Source: Alloascoidea hylecoeti
Lineage: Eukaryota
Reading direction: 5' to 3'
Assembly (NCBI GenBank): GCA_001600815.1
Contig: BCKZ01000013.1
Span: 521,621-585,620 of the forward strand
DNA: 64,000 bases
The notes below the pieces were generated by a model, which worked only from the letters and a program-made list of their open reading frames with translations, was not told the origin of the DNA and did not search any database. The position numbers and the translations under genes are program-made. Each line of letters begins with the position of its first letter. Position 1 is the first letter of the stretch. Below are positions 50,101 to 61,700 of this stretch, in pieces.

Positions 50101-50954
50101 TTGATAGCGTTTTGGGGAGTATTCTGAGTAGGATGGGAATTTGGATTTATAGTTGATTCGGTTAAATCACCACGAGGCTCAATTAGATTTACAACTTGTT
50201 CTGAAACCCTACTAGGAATTTGATTAGAAATATTTAAGTGATGATTTTGATTTCTCAGTTCAACTGGAGGAGGAACGATGGGATTTGGACCATGATTGGA
50301 AATCTCAGCAACCTGGTTAATATTATGTATCTGTTGGGGGATCTGAGAATAGTAACCTTGATTATTTGTACTTGGATTATAAGTATATTGTGGCTTATTA
50401 GGATACAATTCATGGTCATAACCGCTGTTCGTCGGCGCGGGTTGTTGTTGTTGCTGTTGTATTTGCGGCACACAAATATCAGTTATATTATGATTATTAG
50501 TATGATGCTGATTCATGTTTACTGGATAATGAAATAAAGTTGGATTTCCATTAAGATCCATATCATTCCTTCTTCTCCTCTTCAAAAACTCATTATCATA
50601 TTCATAACTATTCATGGCAAACCGTTGATGATTATGATGATTTGGAGAAGTCATGTGCTTCGGTGATCTTGGATGAGCAGGATCTTCAAGACACTGTTTT
50701 ACTCTATGATGCTTAATACAAGAAGAACATGGGATCTTATTATCACATTTTATTTTCATTCTTCGACATAAACCACAAGAATAAGTTCTTCTTGGAGTTC
50801 TTTTCCGATTTCTATCTTTTTTTGAAGAATCAAAAGGGAATTGTGAATCGTCCTGATCTATATCAACATCGCCAGAAGCATCACCCGATGAATAAGGGTC
50901 GGTGATGTTATTGGAGTTATTAATTATTGCTGATAATTTTGTATCTATGTTCAT
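47190..50954 (-). CDS. Zn(II)2Cys6 transcription factor with fungal-specific TF (middle homology) domain
   Basis: SCGLCRRMKIKCDNKIPCSSCIKHHRVKQC and ALGLH...ERELKRRLWW...D...SFGRP...LPGNLDD. Confidence 0.92.
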   Translation of the reverse strand: MNIDTKLSAIINNSNNITDPYSSGDASGDVDIDQDDSQFPFDSSKKDRNRKRTPRRTYSCGLCRRMKIKCDNKIPCSSCIKHHRVKQCLEDPAHPRSPKHMTSPNHHNHQRFAMNSYEYDNEFLKRRRRNDMDLNGNPTLFHYPVNMNQHHTNNHNITDICVPQIQQQQQQPAPTNSGYDHELYPNKPQYTYNPSTNNQGYYSQIPQQIHNINQVAEISNHGPNPIVPPPVELRNQNHHLNISNQIPSRVSEQVVNLIEPRGDLTESTINPNSHPTQNTPQNAINNIPTSNLNVYSQIPQKLHRQVQLQVQQPIKKTNTIQEQINFQGYQIIPRHHTHQQVKRLPADIKPIVPLNDPRQNISTELSVIKSPIAKTEPEENETLTEEETISKLNRQIEQLQQELALIKYSPQDIYNRVDSVSTLKLNISQLLPSKKKCRIILDVYFNQVDYIYRTIHVPLFYKEVESFEKLDNFNDMDLPWISLLLMVLTVGCVHLPQSLARKIDAGNSMEDCSRNITLLCEAWFHASREALRASKSDENPKLIQLQTFSQTQMYLSVTRRPELLTSYLAQSISHAFALGLHKIDVHNKGNQIERELKRRLWWDLCGCDTFRALSFGRPPMIRSYTSKVPLPGNLDDLDITETSNAVPKPMDIPTDNSIDVIRARIMQILNGVYELTHELRQDRSDNNSNLSEQEDDDGKSPRSLTNSNLRKQKKDKLHVLKGLVKTDKELCDYVNKLPWYMKSDEKGELPDLSIYKNPSKTPEEIEHFKKKFRFMHHMIHSCICLHRFRIYQLYLEGQIPMAWDVCISSAISMFQVYKKLKKIYDVKTDHMFMASVHQTFYCGVIQSMLLVSQQGLPQRDIDFLINDTNMLLKDLTNFSSDVFTIKLPILDQGLSTMRKLRNLYMIRGSEFQKKKIKKEEGAKNNATANSTANNNGNNNISSDRKDSIVAANERADEQQLVSAVYSVLGGKEITETYLKRCKVDFLVNDDDDDNSLIAMSSPLKAGTSSTAPAVANSTTGISYATSSTAGDDFEDDVISVVNSGDSDITPPHAYDLIPQVAMVPSTEKVEESFKRWQEVQGSMSLKSGITNVLNGGIPINTTGVNNNDNDNNNNDNNDNSLTQSQSNSEGNGSLLKNVSRFDQNININMAPPPFSRLSSTGLFPLFNSSMSGAIPTNSTQSPINYNGNNNPNLNNSMMYMSVDGGVPNNGSMGMAGYAQGQNKGVNGQSDPDGFYGDELNDLVSEYAGYSLGYY

Positions 50955-51255
50955 TTGAAATAATAAATTAATATGCTAAAGAAGATGTACGGAAAGAAAG
51001 AGAAAAACAGAAGGATAGTATTAATTAATACTGTACGCAGACGCAGACAACAATTTCAAAAAGGTTTCTGTTAATCAGGGTTGCTTTTAGTTTTAAACTT
51101 TAGTACAACTTTATAACGTTTTTTTCTCCAAAAAGATGAAATTTCTATTGGTGTGAAATCTTGGCTTCGGCTGTGTTCAGCTCACGAAGGTCCACTCAAC
51201 GTCCGTCTGTTTTGCCTGCGCGCCCTGACGAAAGTTCAGTCCTGCAGCTATACCG

Positions 51256-51263
51256 GTCACGTG
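51256..51263. promoter_or_regulatory. GTCACGTG (Cbf1-type bHLH site) upstream of the Zn-cluster gene
   Basis: Exact RTCACGTG in a local GC-rich patch about 300 bp upstream of the ATG. Confidence 0.45.
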
Positions 51264-52790
51264 TCGCGATAGATATAGCTGAGTGTGTTGAGCTTAGTCA
51301 TGTATTACGCAATCTCACATTGAAGTTAAGATTTGGATATTGCAAAAATAAAAAAAATACAAAGCTAAAAGCTAAAGTAAGACATTACTACATACTAAAA
51401 GTTTTCCAAATTATAACTATATGGAATACAATATTTACATAGTAGAGATTCTCTTTGAAATTTCTTTGCATCCTTTTAATTCGTTGTGATCATGTATAAA
51501 CTTACCAATCATAAAACTCTAATAAACTTATTTTTATACACGTGATAAGGTTACTAGGTTCAAAATTTAAATAAAAGAATTTAGAGGTTTTTCTTCTTCT
51601 TTTCTTCATCTTCTTTTTCGTTTCAATACAATTTAAAAGAATAATTAAATATATACTAATAATCACAATTATGCATTAGTATTATTGTTCTAGAAAAGAT
51701 CAAGAAATTGTTTGCATTGAAGAAATATCAAATATGTAGCCATGTTGTTTTATGTATAGCTGTAGCTAGATCTAATGGAATTGTAACGAAGGAAAATTTA
51801 AGCTTTAAGATGATGATATATAGCTTAATTCCAATTAATTATTATATCTAGATGAGCTTTCAATAGCCAAACTTCCACAGCTCTGTTTCATTTGTACCTT
51901 TTAGCAGCTTTAACTATATTTCAGGTCGGAAAAAACCACCAATGTTACATAGCCATTATAAATTCTAACTATTTATTATATATTAATGCCATTATTATAT
52001 ACAAACAAGTTCTATAACTAATAACTATAATGCAGCTGATAGATCTAAAATTTTCTAACTTTTGCTTATACAGTAGTAGATAATACTGTAATTAAGTTGT
52101 CACCGGTACTGGGTACCAAGTTACACCGGTAGCTATATCGATAGATGCGAATCCTAGTTAAAATTAATATCGCAATTGCTATTGACATCGGCTTTCGAAC
52201 ATTCTTGAATTCAATTCTGTAGGCTTTAGTTCATTAAAGAGAATACTTAATAATAATGTTAATCAAGTAGAAAATATTGTTATTGCTAGTCGCAGCCAAG
52301 TAATAAGAACCCCTGTGATATTCTAGCCGTGTAACGGAAGCTACTATAAGGATCTATATTAACGTAAACCAAGACTATATAATACTAACTAAATAAGGGT
52401 AACAGTACATACTAACAACACACAAATCCAAACTTGATTATTAATAAACAAGTTTACTACCGATACTTTTAGATTCCTTGCCTAACGTAAAATCAACAAT
52501 CATGACATACTTTCCAAGTTTCTAAAAGGTTTAAACCTATGTATTTTCACGGATCATCATAGATAATCCGTGTGTAAAGGTGGTTGACTAAAAGGAAAGT
52601 AAGTTTTATATGTCGCATTTTTGGAGGTGTATTTTCCATAAGCCAAGAAATGACCAAGGAACCTCATAAGGATATATATAACTTTGAGACGTTATAGGTA
52701 TTTATTCATATCTTATGCATAATTAATAGATTCTAATTATAAATCATTTCGGTATAGCTACTGCAGAGAAATCCTCTAAATTATACAATC

Positions 52791-52833
52791 GTACATAAAA
52801 TATAGTACATAAAATATAGTACATAAAATATAG
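52791..52833 (+). repeat. Tandem repeat, 3 x 14 bp (GTACATAAAATATA)
   Basis: Read directly. Confidence 0.9.
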
Positions 52834-53089
52834 GGTTTGTCAACTGCAAGCACATATGCATGTACAAACGCAAATTTAAAAACTATCGACAATTCACAGA
52901 GAGTTTATGAGTTTATTAATTATTATATTGAAGCATCTTTGATGAGACTCAAGAAGAATCTGAAAGATTTCTTTTATAGATTTTAGAAGCCTTAGTACTG
53001 TATCTTCACCTGCTTAACGATACCGAACACTAGAAGTGTAACGGACACAATTTTCGTCGGCCTGGTCAGAAACTGCATCCCAAGAAAGC

Positions 53090-53190
53090 TGACTCCTTGG
53101 AAATATATTATTGACCTCCAAAAACATACTTACAGGATTCAAAAAGAAGGGTATATAACCATTCCATCCAGAAGAAATACAGTGATGGAA
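53090..53190 (+). mobile_element. Relic of a pogo/Fot1-type (DDE_1) transposase
   Basis: The frame starting at 53111 reads LTSKNILTGFKKKGI*PFHPEEIQ, matching the NIxxGFxxxGIxPFxP motif. PW occurs just upstream in another frame. Confidence 0.6.
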
Positions 53191-55201
53191 AAAACACAGC
53201 TAGATCGATTAAAAATGCTTCTATTGCATAAGAAGGACTCACTGAAGAGGCAGATAGAAAAAATATGAAGTGATTGGATGATTTCGTGGAAGAATCATCG
53301 GATTCTGATGGAAAGGCTAGTTCTCTCCTATGTACACGCTTAAGTCCTATCGGCCGCGCTACTTCGTAGATTTGCTAGAACCACATAAGGCTCAATAAAA
53401 CTTGAACGAGCCATATTATGGAGTTGATTCAGGTGTGAGACGGCTTACCAAAATTGTACCTATTTTTAACACCATGGAAATGGTGAATGATGTCGAGAAG
53501 ATGTCTTCATCTTTAATTGCTGAGTGACACCAAATATTTCTAAAATCTATAAAATGAAACCTTCTAGATTCATCTGTGTCTCACTAAAGAAGAGTATATT
53601 CAATGTTACAGTCTCAAATGGTAATTAGTAATAAAAGCTTAAACACCATTTACAACTTATAACATGGCGGTGACATTCCAATATATATATATATAGTTAG
53701 TTTTGTTATTAATTATTTAATTAAAAATATTTTAGGGTTTATGTTTGTGTTCTGTCTCTAGCATATATGCGTGCGGCTGTTGTTACGAGACTCACCCTGC
53801 ATATGCATTGAGTATTTTGAGCAAGAAACGAACAGTCCTTCTCTATCTATGTAACTATATGCTATATATTTTCGAGAAACATTAAGTTTGAGGAATTTAA
53901 ATTAATGGTAATTAATCGGCAACCATTTCGAAGTAGGAGATTCTAAAGATTATTTCACACAAATGTCTAAAATTAATTAGTGAACCTGTGAGCAGTGTGA
54001 GTTGATGATCTAATCTTACTTAGTTATTTCATCTGTATATAAATAAATCCATATACCACCTCTAATAAAGAGATCAACTACGTTCCCCTTTTATAACATT
54101 ACAGAACCAAAATGGGGTGATTTTAATTAAACACAATTGCAATAAGCAGAATCTCAGCCTTCAAACACTCGAGAAGATTTGTTAAATACAAGGAATCACT
54201 GATTAATGCTCAGATATAGAAATATCGTTTGCGGTATTTGAAACGTATCACGTTTGAATAAACTTGCCAAATAACACTATATTTGGTCACTGATTAATGA
54301 TAGCTTTATCAATTAATATTCGATGTATTCAAATAATCTTTGGGACCTATACCAAATTCACGGAAAAGTCTAAAAAAGATCTTACGAATCATTAGTAAAG
54401 TTATCTAAGAAGCGCTAACTAATTTCACTAAATGTGGCTAAATAAATTGTTTGAGAGTCTAATGAAAGCCTAACTGAATGGTTGATTAACAGTGTTATTT
54501 AGTCCTGTTGTAATTACTTTTAATTATAACAGACTAACAATGATTATAACAATACACAAAATAATAAATTTCAATTTCATAAATATCTTTGTAATTGATC
54601 AGATAAGTTTTATTAAAAGGGAATATCTGCTATTATAGTGTAGCAATTTAGTATAGCAATAGCAACTCTAATGCACTATACCATATCAAATAATATTAAT
54701 ACAATTGCAATAGTCCTCAAGCATTTCGCGATATCTATCGTTTCTCGAAAATAACGGTTACGAATAGTAGTAGCATATACAGGAGATCCATAAATAGAAT
54801 TGAAAAATGATACTAGTTGTCGGGATAATAATGAGACAGTGTATACCGGTATACAAAGGTTAGTTGTTACTAATTATAATTAAGTGTTTAGGTCTATCTA
54901 TGGGTTTACACTTACAATGATCCATATTCTTCCAGTTAAGTGGACAGCATTTTCAACTAATAATTACAGTTGCAATTGACCATCGTGTGTAATTTGACGA
55001 TAATTTATATTGATGTTCTCCTCATGGATTGAAAAAATAAGATGGCAAAGATGGGGTTAAAAGATAAAGACATTTACCCGGCCACATTATTCGCAACTGA
55101 TGTTTGATACAGGTCCGATGTATTTAAGTATTACGTATAGTATTAATGATTGCATCTCTCTTTGTTTTCCAGTAAAAATCTATTTTATTATTCCTGACCC
55201 G

Positions 55202-58200
55202 ATGTCAATTTTGACATTCTTATTAGTTTATGCCTTCGGAGGTTTAACCTTCATTCCCTGTTTGGTTCTTTCTACCCTATTTCTATTCTATAAGTTTTCA
55301 CCAAAAGTACAAATTAGCGAAGATGGTAGCGTGGATATAAGTGACGAAAAATCAGATCACAGCACACCAGGTACTGTTGATTTTGACCTGAAGGCATCTC
55401 AGATTGAAGAAATGAGAGATTCTGGCTTAAGTACGTACTTTACTGGTTGGTTAACTGTAACGCGGGATTATTCTCTTTTCCCTAATTCTTTGCCGGAATC
55501 CTCGCAAAAACACTCCAATTCAGCTTATTCTTCCTTATATAAATTGGTAAATAAAGGAAACAAGGATTCTTCGGATTCTAAATCCAATGATTCAAGTAAT
55601 GGAAAACAAGGGAAATCTAAAGATAAATCGAGCTTTTTCTGCGTCTTAAAACACGGTAATCTATTCTTATATAAAGATGAATCACAGACAAATGTTCAAC
55701 AGGTTATAGTTCTTGCAAACTACATCATATCTTTTTGGCCGCGAAATGTTCCAGATGCTAGCCTCTTTTTAAAAAGAACAGCAATATGTTTGATCAGGAA
55801 AGAGCCAAGACGACCTTCAATGGATGAAGCAGGAGCGCCACCTCCAAACTCTGCTGCTTCGTTAGATTTGAAATACAGCAAGGAAAAATCATATATTGAT
55901 ATTTTGAATGATTCAGAACCTCCTAAGACCGCGTTTTATTTATTTTCGGAAAACAATTATGAAAGGGAAGACTTTTATTTTGCTTTAATTCGTGCCGTTA
56001 AATCTACAACTGAAAAAGGTCAAATACCCAAACTAAAAATATCAAAAAATGAAAAAGCGATTGACCCAACAGTTTTTGCTGAAACTACTCATTATAAAAC
56101 GGCAGATATTATAAGCTTGATTCAAACTTTAAATTCATCTGAAGCACATTTACAATCAAAATGGTTCAATGCTGTTTTGGGAAGATTGTTTTTATCTGTT
56201 TATAATACTCCAGAATACGAGGCTATTTTTAGAAAAAAGCTGATTAAAAAATTACAACGAGTCAATAAACCTGGGTTTTTAACTGATTTAGAAGTCAGAA
56301 AAATTAGTATTGGAAATGCCCCTCCATTTTTTACTTCTCTAAAATTAACTGATTTATCCCCAGAAGGTAGGATGCAAGTAGAAGCGCATACTTCATATGC
56401 CGGAAATTTATCCATCCAGATTGCCACCAAGATGGAAATTAATCTAGGGTCTAGATTTAAGACCCGTGAGGTTAATTTATTACTAGCAGTAACATTACAA
56501 AATCTAGAAGGTAATATGGTTTTCAAGCTGAAACCACCTCCATCGAATCGATTATGGTATGCTTTTAAAGAAATGCCTAATATGTCTTTGAAAATCGAGC
56601 CAATTGTTTCATCAATGCAAATAACCTCAAGTGTTATCACGAAGCTAATCGAAAACAGATTTAGAGAGGCATTGAAAGAAACATTGGTTGAGCCATTTTA
56701 TGATGACATTGCATTTTTCGATACAGAGGGTGAGATTTATAGGGGTGGAATATGGGATAAGCACGTAAGACCCAAAGTAGCCAAAGTCCAAGAAACCGAA
56801 GAATCAGTAACCCATAACATTATGGAGGCCTCACACCTTAATAAGGCTAATACTGCACTAAACCTTTCTTCTGGTTCCAGTTCAGAATGGAACGAATCTG
56901 ATAATAGTTCATTAATAAATAAGAAATCAGCCACTTTGAATGACATATCTTCCTCCTCAACCAGCTCTACTGCAAGTACAAACAAATTACCTTTCTTGGC
57001 ACCAAAGAAAACTTATTCCGTGGCTGAAGTCTCAGAAGATCAATATTTATCTGATGGTGTGTTCATCTCGAAAAATGATACAAATGACAATGACACTAAC
57101 ACAATATCAAATATAGATTCAATTAATAAAGATAATGATGAATTTGCTATACAATCAGAGACTTCTTCTGCTACTGAATATGAATCGAATGGTTCAGTTT
57201 CTGGTTCAGTTACTTCAAGTACCAAAGAAGCATCATCAAGCATTCGTCATATTGTTGAGGAAAAGGATAAAGAATCACATTATTCTAAAGAAACGATTGC
57301 AGTTGCTCGTGCAACAACCCAAAAAGCAGTCTCAAGTACAATTAAAAAGATTGGGAAATGGTATAATACTAAAAAGACGAGCAATGGTCATTTATCTACT
57401 AACCATGCAGCACCTGAAATGATTCAATCAAGAAGAAGTCCCCGAAATAAAGAAAATACGAACGTTTCCGATGATATTGTGGAGGATCAGACGATTCTTA
57501 ATAAATCTGATACGAATACTCGCAAGAGAAGAATTAGCGCGCCGAAACCTCATAACTTCCCCCCTGAAATATTAGGACTGATGGAGGCAAGTGAATCAAG
57601 TCCTCGGAGGTCTCCACACTCACCCATAGAAAAGCCTATATCTGAGAATATCACCGCAGATTCGCCAGCTCTTAAGGATTCAAATACTTTCAGTGAAGAA
57701 AGAGATCGCTCAATACATAGTTCAAAGTCGGTTAGAAGAAAGCCTCCTCCCTCAATCAAGCCGGAAGCAGAAACAGAAGCATCGGAAGATAAGGAACAGG
57801 CATCAGATGACATTGATTCTAAAGTTATAGAACCTGGTTCCTCAATTTCAGTAATGGTACTTGATCCTGAATTTCAGAGAACGTTATCAACTAGAAGCAT
57901 ATTACCACCACCGCTACCACCCCGAGAGCCTTCACCAGTGCATTATGAACACAATACAATGCCAAGATCACAATCTATCCGGTATCCTCCCAAGAGAGCT
58001 GTGGGTGCTCCATCTACGAAAGAAACATTACTTCCAAGTCCTATTGTTGCAGAATCAAATTCAAGAGAGCCATCGCCACCTACTCTACCTCCACGTTCCG
58101 TAAAAAGGGAGAGAAGTAAATCGAGTTCCACATCTACCGAGAATGATCTTTTGGATGACAGTAATGTGAAAAGCAGAAGTTCCTCACTTTCTAGCTCTCA

Positions 58201-58285
58201 ACTACTAGATTCACATTCTACATTAACACCACCACCACCAGTGTTGATAAATGATGATGAAAAGAATATTGATAATGATTTGTAA
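55202..58285 (+). CDS. NVJ2: Membrane-contact-site protein with N-terminal TM, PH-like and SMP domains
   Basis: FLLVYAFGGLTFIP TM, FFCVLKHGNLFLY (PH), and WFNAVLGRLFL and KPPPSNRLWYAF (SMP), followed by a long disordered tail. Likely ATG at 55202; the ORF opens at 55100. Confidence 0.88.
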   Translation: MSILTFLLVYAFGGLTFIPCLVLSTLFLFYKFSPKVQISEDGSVDISDEKSDHSTPGTVDFDLKASQIEEMRDSGLSTYFTGWLTVTRDYSLFPNSLPESSQKHSNSAYSSLYKLVNKGNKDSSDSKSNDSSNGKQGKSKDKSSFFCVLKHGNLFLYKDESQTNVQQVIVLANYIISFWPRNVPDASLFLKRTAICLIRKEPRRPSMDEAGAPPPNSAASLDLKYSKEKSYIDILNDSEPPKTAFYLFSENNYEREDFYFALIRAVKSTTEKGQIPKLKISKNEKAIDPTVFAETTHYKTADIISLIQTLNSSEAHLQSKWFNAVLGRLFLSVYNTPEYEAIFRKKLIKKLQRVNKPGFLTDLEVRKISIGNAPPFFTSLKLTDLSPEGRMQVEAHTSYAGNLSIQIATKMEINLGSRFKTREVNLLLAVTLQNLEGNMVFKLKPPPSNRLWYAFKEMPNMSLKIEPIVSSMQITSSVITKLIENRFREALKETLVEPFYDDIAFFDTEGEIYRGGIWDKHVRPKVAKVQETEESVTHNIMEASHLNKANTALNLSSGSSSEWNESDNSSLINKKSATLNDISSSSTSSTASTNKLPFLAPKKTYSVAEVSEDQYLSDGVFISKNDTNDNDTNTISNIDSINKDNDEFAIQSETSSATEYESNGSVSGSVTSSTKEASSSIRHIVEEKDKESHYSKETIAVARATTQKAVSSTIKKIGKWYNTKKTSNGHLSTNHAAPEMIQSRRSPRNKENTNVSDDIVEDQTILNKSDTNTRKRRISAPKPHNFPPEILGLMEASESSPRRSPHSPIEKPISENITADSPALKDSNTFSEERDRSIHSSKSVRRKPPPSIKPEAETEASEDKEQASDDIDSKVIEPGSSISVMVLDPEFQRTLSTRSILPPPLPPREPSPVHYEHNTMPRSQSIRYPPKRAVGAPSTKETLLPSPIVAESNSREPSPPTLPPRSVKRERSKSSSTSTENDLLDDSNVKSRSSSLSSSQLLDSHSTLTPPPPVLINDDEKNIDNDL

Positions 58286-58626
58286 AAGCAATACACGTTA
58301 TATGGATGAAAGAAATAATAGGTAGTCTAATAGTCTAATAACTTAACCAAAATATATGCACTAGTGGTGTACAGAATTATATTGTAATTGCAACTTTTCT
58401 GTAAAAGGATAGCTATAGATTTTAAAAAGATAAACTAGATCTCCTATAAGCCAAGTGTTGCCACAGTCATTCAAAGGCAAATAACAACGCCCAACAACTC
58501 CACATCTATGTTTGATTAAAACAATGAACAATTGAAAACACTAGTAAATTTAGAATAAATTTGTAGTTTATTATGGTCGAAACATTTATTTTTAACGGCG
58601 ACATAACGGTAATTTTTTTAATATTC

Positions 58627-58649
58627 CACGTGATGAATACGAGACGCGT
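58627..58649. promoter_or_regulatory. CACGTG and MCB element (ACGCGT) upstream of MEC1
   Basis: CACGTG at 58627-58632 and ACGCGT at 58644-58649, about 140 bp before the ATG at 58787. Confidence 0.5.
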
Positions 58650-58786
58650 CAATTTCGCATCACCTATAGTTTATCATCTTTAGTAAAAGCTCATCATCAC
58701 ACTATGATATAAAAACAGTTGCATCTCCAAAATATCCAAATATATTCGAGGCTTTTGGAGTTTGTAATAAATTTGATAGTTTTTCA

Positions 58787-61700
58787 ATGATATCTTCAAC
58801 TTCTCATCACTCTAATGATGACAGTAGTATCATAGAAGGAGAGTTAGAACAGTCTTCAAAATTCAAAAGAGCACGTCCAAATCCAAGCACAAGTCCTCAT
58901 CCACATTCAAAAGTTGATATAAAATTTCAGAGGCTTATAAATGAGGTCCTCAGTACTGCAAGCTCAAAAGAAAATGCTGAAATTGTTGAAATATTAACAG
59001 AGAGAAGGTTGTTACTTTGTATAGCACAGAAGATTTTGGATCCATTCAAATTTAAGTCATTAACAGGTAAGGTAACGTATTGCAGGCGACTATAACATCA
59101 AAGAGAGTTCTAACTGTATATTTTCTAGAGGAGGATGCTAAACTGGTAATAAAAAGCTTCATGGCACTACAAATAGTAATGGAAAGATCTCCCCAAGTTC
59201 TTTTGTTTAGAATTGGAAGCGATGCAAAATTTGGTAAAATGAATATATCAGACGGAAGAAAAAACAAAACAACACCTATTTACCTTTATGAAATACTTCT
59301 AGACTCAGTTGTTCCGTTTTTAGGGAGTGAAAGTTTTCGAATTGTTAAATTAGCGAGACAAACGATTCAATTGACTTTATACATTCCGGTAAGTGGCTCT
59401 TTGGCAGTTGATTCAAAGACTAGTGATCTTCCCGATGCAAAATCCGACCCTAGGACAAACTCATGGCTCCATAAAAGACACATATCTAAATTAATTGTTG
59501 AGAAAGTGACAGAAATACTAGAAAAATTAATGAATATACCAAGGTACGGTATAAGTGCACTAAGAATAGATCCACTACTGTCAAAATTCGCATCATTACG
59601 GCAGTGTCTATCCGTCAGCTTATTTCTTTTTGCGATTATTATGGAACTTGACGTGAAAAGAAAATTGATGATTGGTGCTAAATTTAATGTTAAAATCCAA
59701 ACAATATACAACAGATTTTGGTTTATCTTAGACTATTGCCAAACAGAAAGTGCGCTAGACTTGAAATCATTGGATATTATTAGAGCAGAGTTACTAGATC
59801 TGATGTGTAACAACAAATCTCTGGAAACAATGAATATTGATCAGGGTTTGAGATGGTGCTCTGAACTCTTAATTAAGTCGAAGAAGGCTTTGACAAATTT
59901 GCCTAGATCACAGATATCGCTATGCAATCTATTACTGTACCTTCTTTCTATAAGCTTAAATAGCAAGAGTATTTTTAGCTTTCAACAATGTATCCCCCCT
60001 TCTTCATTACAACAGTTTTTATATACAGAAAATATGAAACTGTTTCATCCATACCTTGCCAAGTGTTTGAAAACTATATTATTCGTGGAAATTGTGATGT
60101 TACAAATAGATGATAATATTGGTACATCAACTGTTAATGAATTGGAAGAAATTTCAAATAATCCATTTGGTGAATTAAATCTGGAACTAAAACGAAAGCA
60201 ATTACTTGAATCCTTGACATTATTGGCAATGGGAGACTTGCGTGTTGCAACTCAAGATGTACGAACACAAGTCAAACAGCAGAAAATAGAATTTGCCTTT
60301 GAAATGATGGGCAGATTCAATAGTTTCGAAGAAGTGTATGACTTCATAATGAATTGTACTACAGACCAATTTATGTCATTATCACCGGTTTTAATTATGT
60401 CCATTTTAAATGCATTGGGGATTATTGTTTGTGTTGAAGCAGATTGTTTTGATTTACACATTGGTATGTGTAGAAAATGTGATAATATTGTGGGCAATAA
60501 AGGTATTCCAGAAAAAGACGACACAAATAATGAAACAGTGAAAAGAGTGATTGCAGCATTGGAGAGACTATTATCGTTGAATAATGGGTTTGAAGATCAA
60601 ATACTTTACCAAACAACATTTCTGATTTCTCTGAAAAGGGTCTTTACACATTGCGAAGCTCCAGATTACGAGGACTCAAATTTGATTTTTTCATGGTTAT
60701 TTAATAGACTACAAAGTACTACACGCGATGTTAGAATATTGGCTAGTCAAACAATACCGTTACTAATCAATGAATCAGATGAACCAGATAGAAATGTAGT
60801 CCCCGGTAAAGAATATTACAGCGACATTATTTTCAGAGAGTTACTTCAAATTGATATCAACGGGAAGCCATATTTATCAGAGTCCACAATATTGACATGG
60901 GGAAGGCTTGCTTGTGTTCTCGAAGGTGAAAGGTTAAATGTGATACTAATAAAATTGATTGATTTCTTGGGCTTTAAGCATGAATTTCAGGTTTCTTTGG
61001 CTTTTCATCAACTAGAAATGACTGCAAAAATTCGACACAAGACAACATATCAATTGCTATCCCCATTCATGCCAAATATAAGTTTAATGGTTGTGAAACA
61101 GCTAGCAAGAAAATCGTCAATTGCACAAAGAGTTTCCGATTTTATAAATGTTCCTTTATCGGATTTCTTAGTAAGAACTCAGAGCTTCACAACGCCATAT
61201 ATTGTTTTATCAGGACGGTATCAGGTATTGAAATCGATTGCACAAGCTGCAAACAAATCTATTCTAAATCTATGTATGGATAATATGGAGGCCATATTAG
61301 GAGTTCTATTAACAAGTGCAGACCTAGATAATCCAGAAGCAGACATTGAAAAATCAGCCTCTCATAAACTACAACAGATCTCATCTAAATTTCGCGATCC
61401 GATAATTGTTAAAACTCTAATTCTGAGTTCACCTATTAGTTATGCTTGGGAGATTCTGAAAAATGTTGGTACAGATGAAAATAATCCAGAAAAATCGAAA
61501 AGAGTGCGGCAATCACTGTTACTGCTTGCTTCAAAATTCGAATCTAATAGTCCTTCAAATTCACAGGATTCCTTACAATCTTTTTTAAAACTCAATTTGC
61601 TAGGAATAGTTCAATTGTTTTCAGATGTTATTCATGATACTAAGGGAAGGAAGCCTTTCACAGAAAAACTTCGTGCTGTTAAGGCAATAGGATTCTTAGC

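Noticed and set aside
58787..59095. Separate 102-aa ORF, or a frameshifted/truncated MEC1
   Set aside because: Explained by the intron at 59067-59128. The terminal stop at 63996 lies in a second intron starting GTATGT at 63984.
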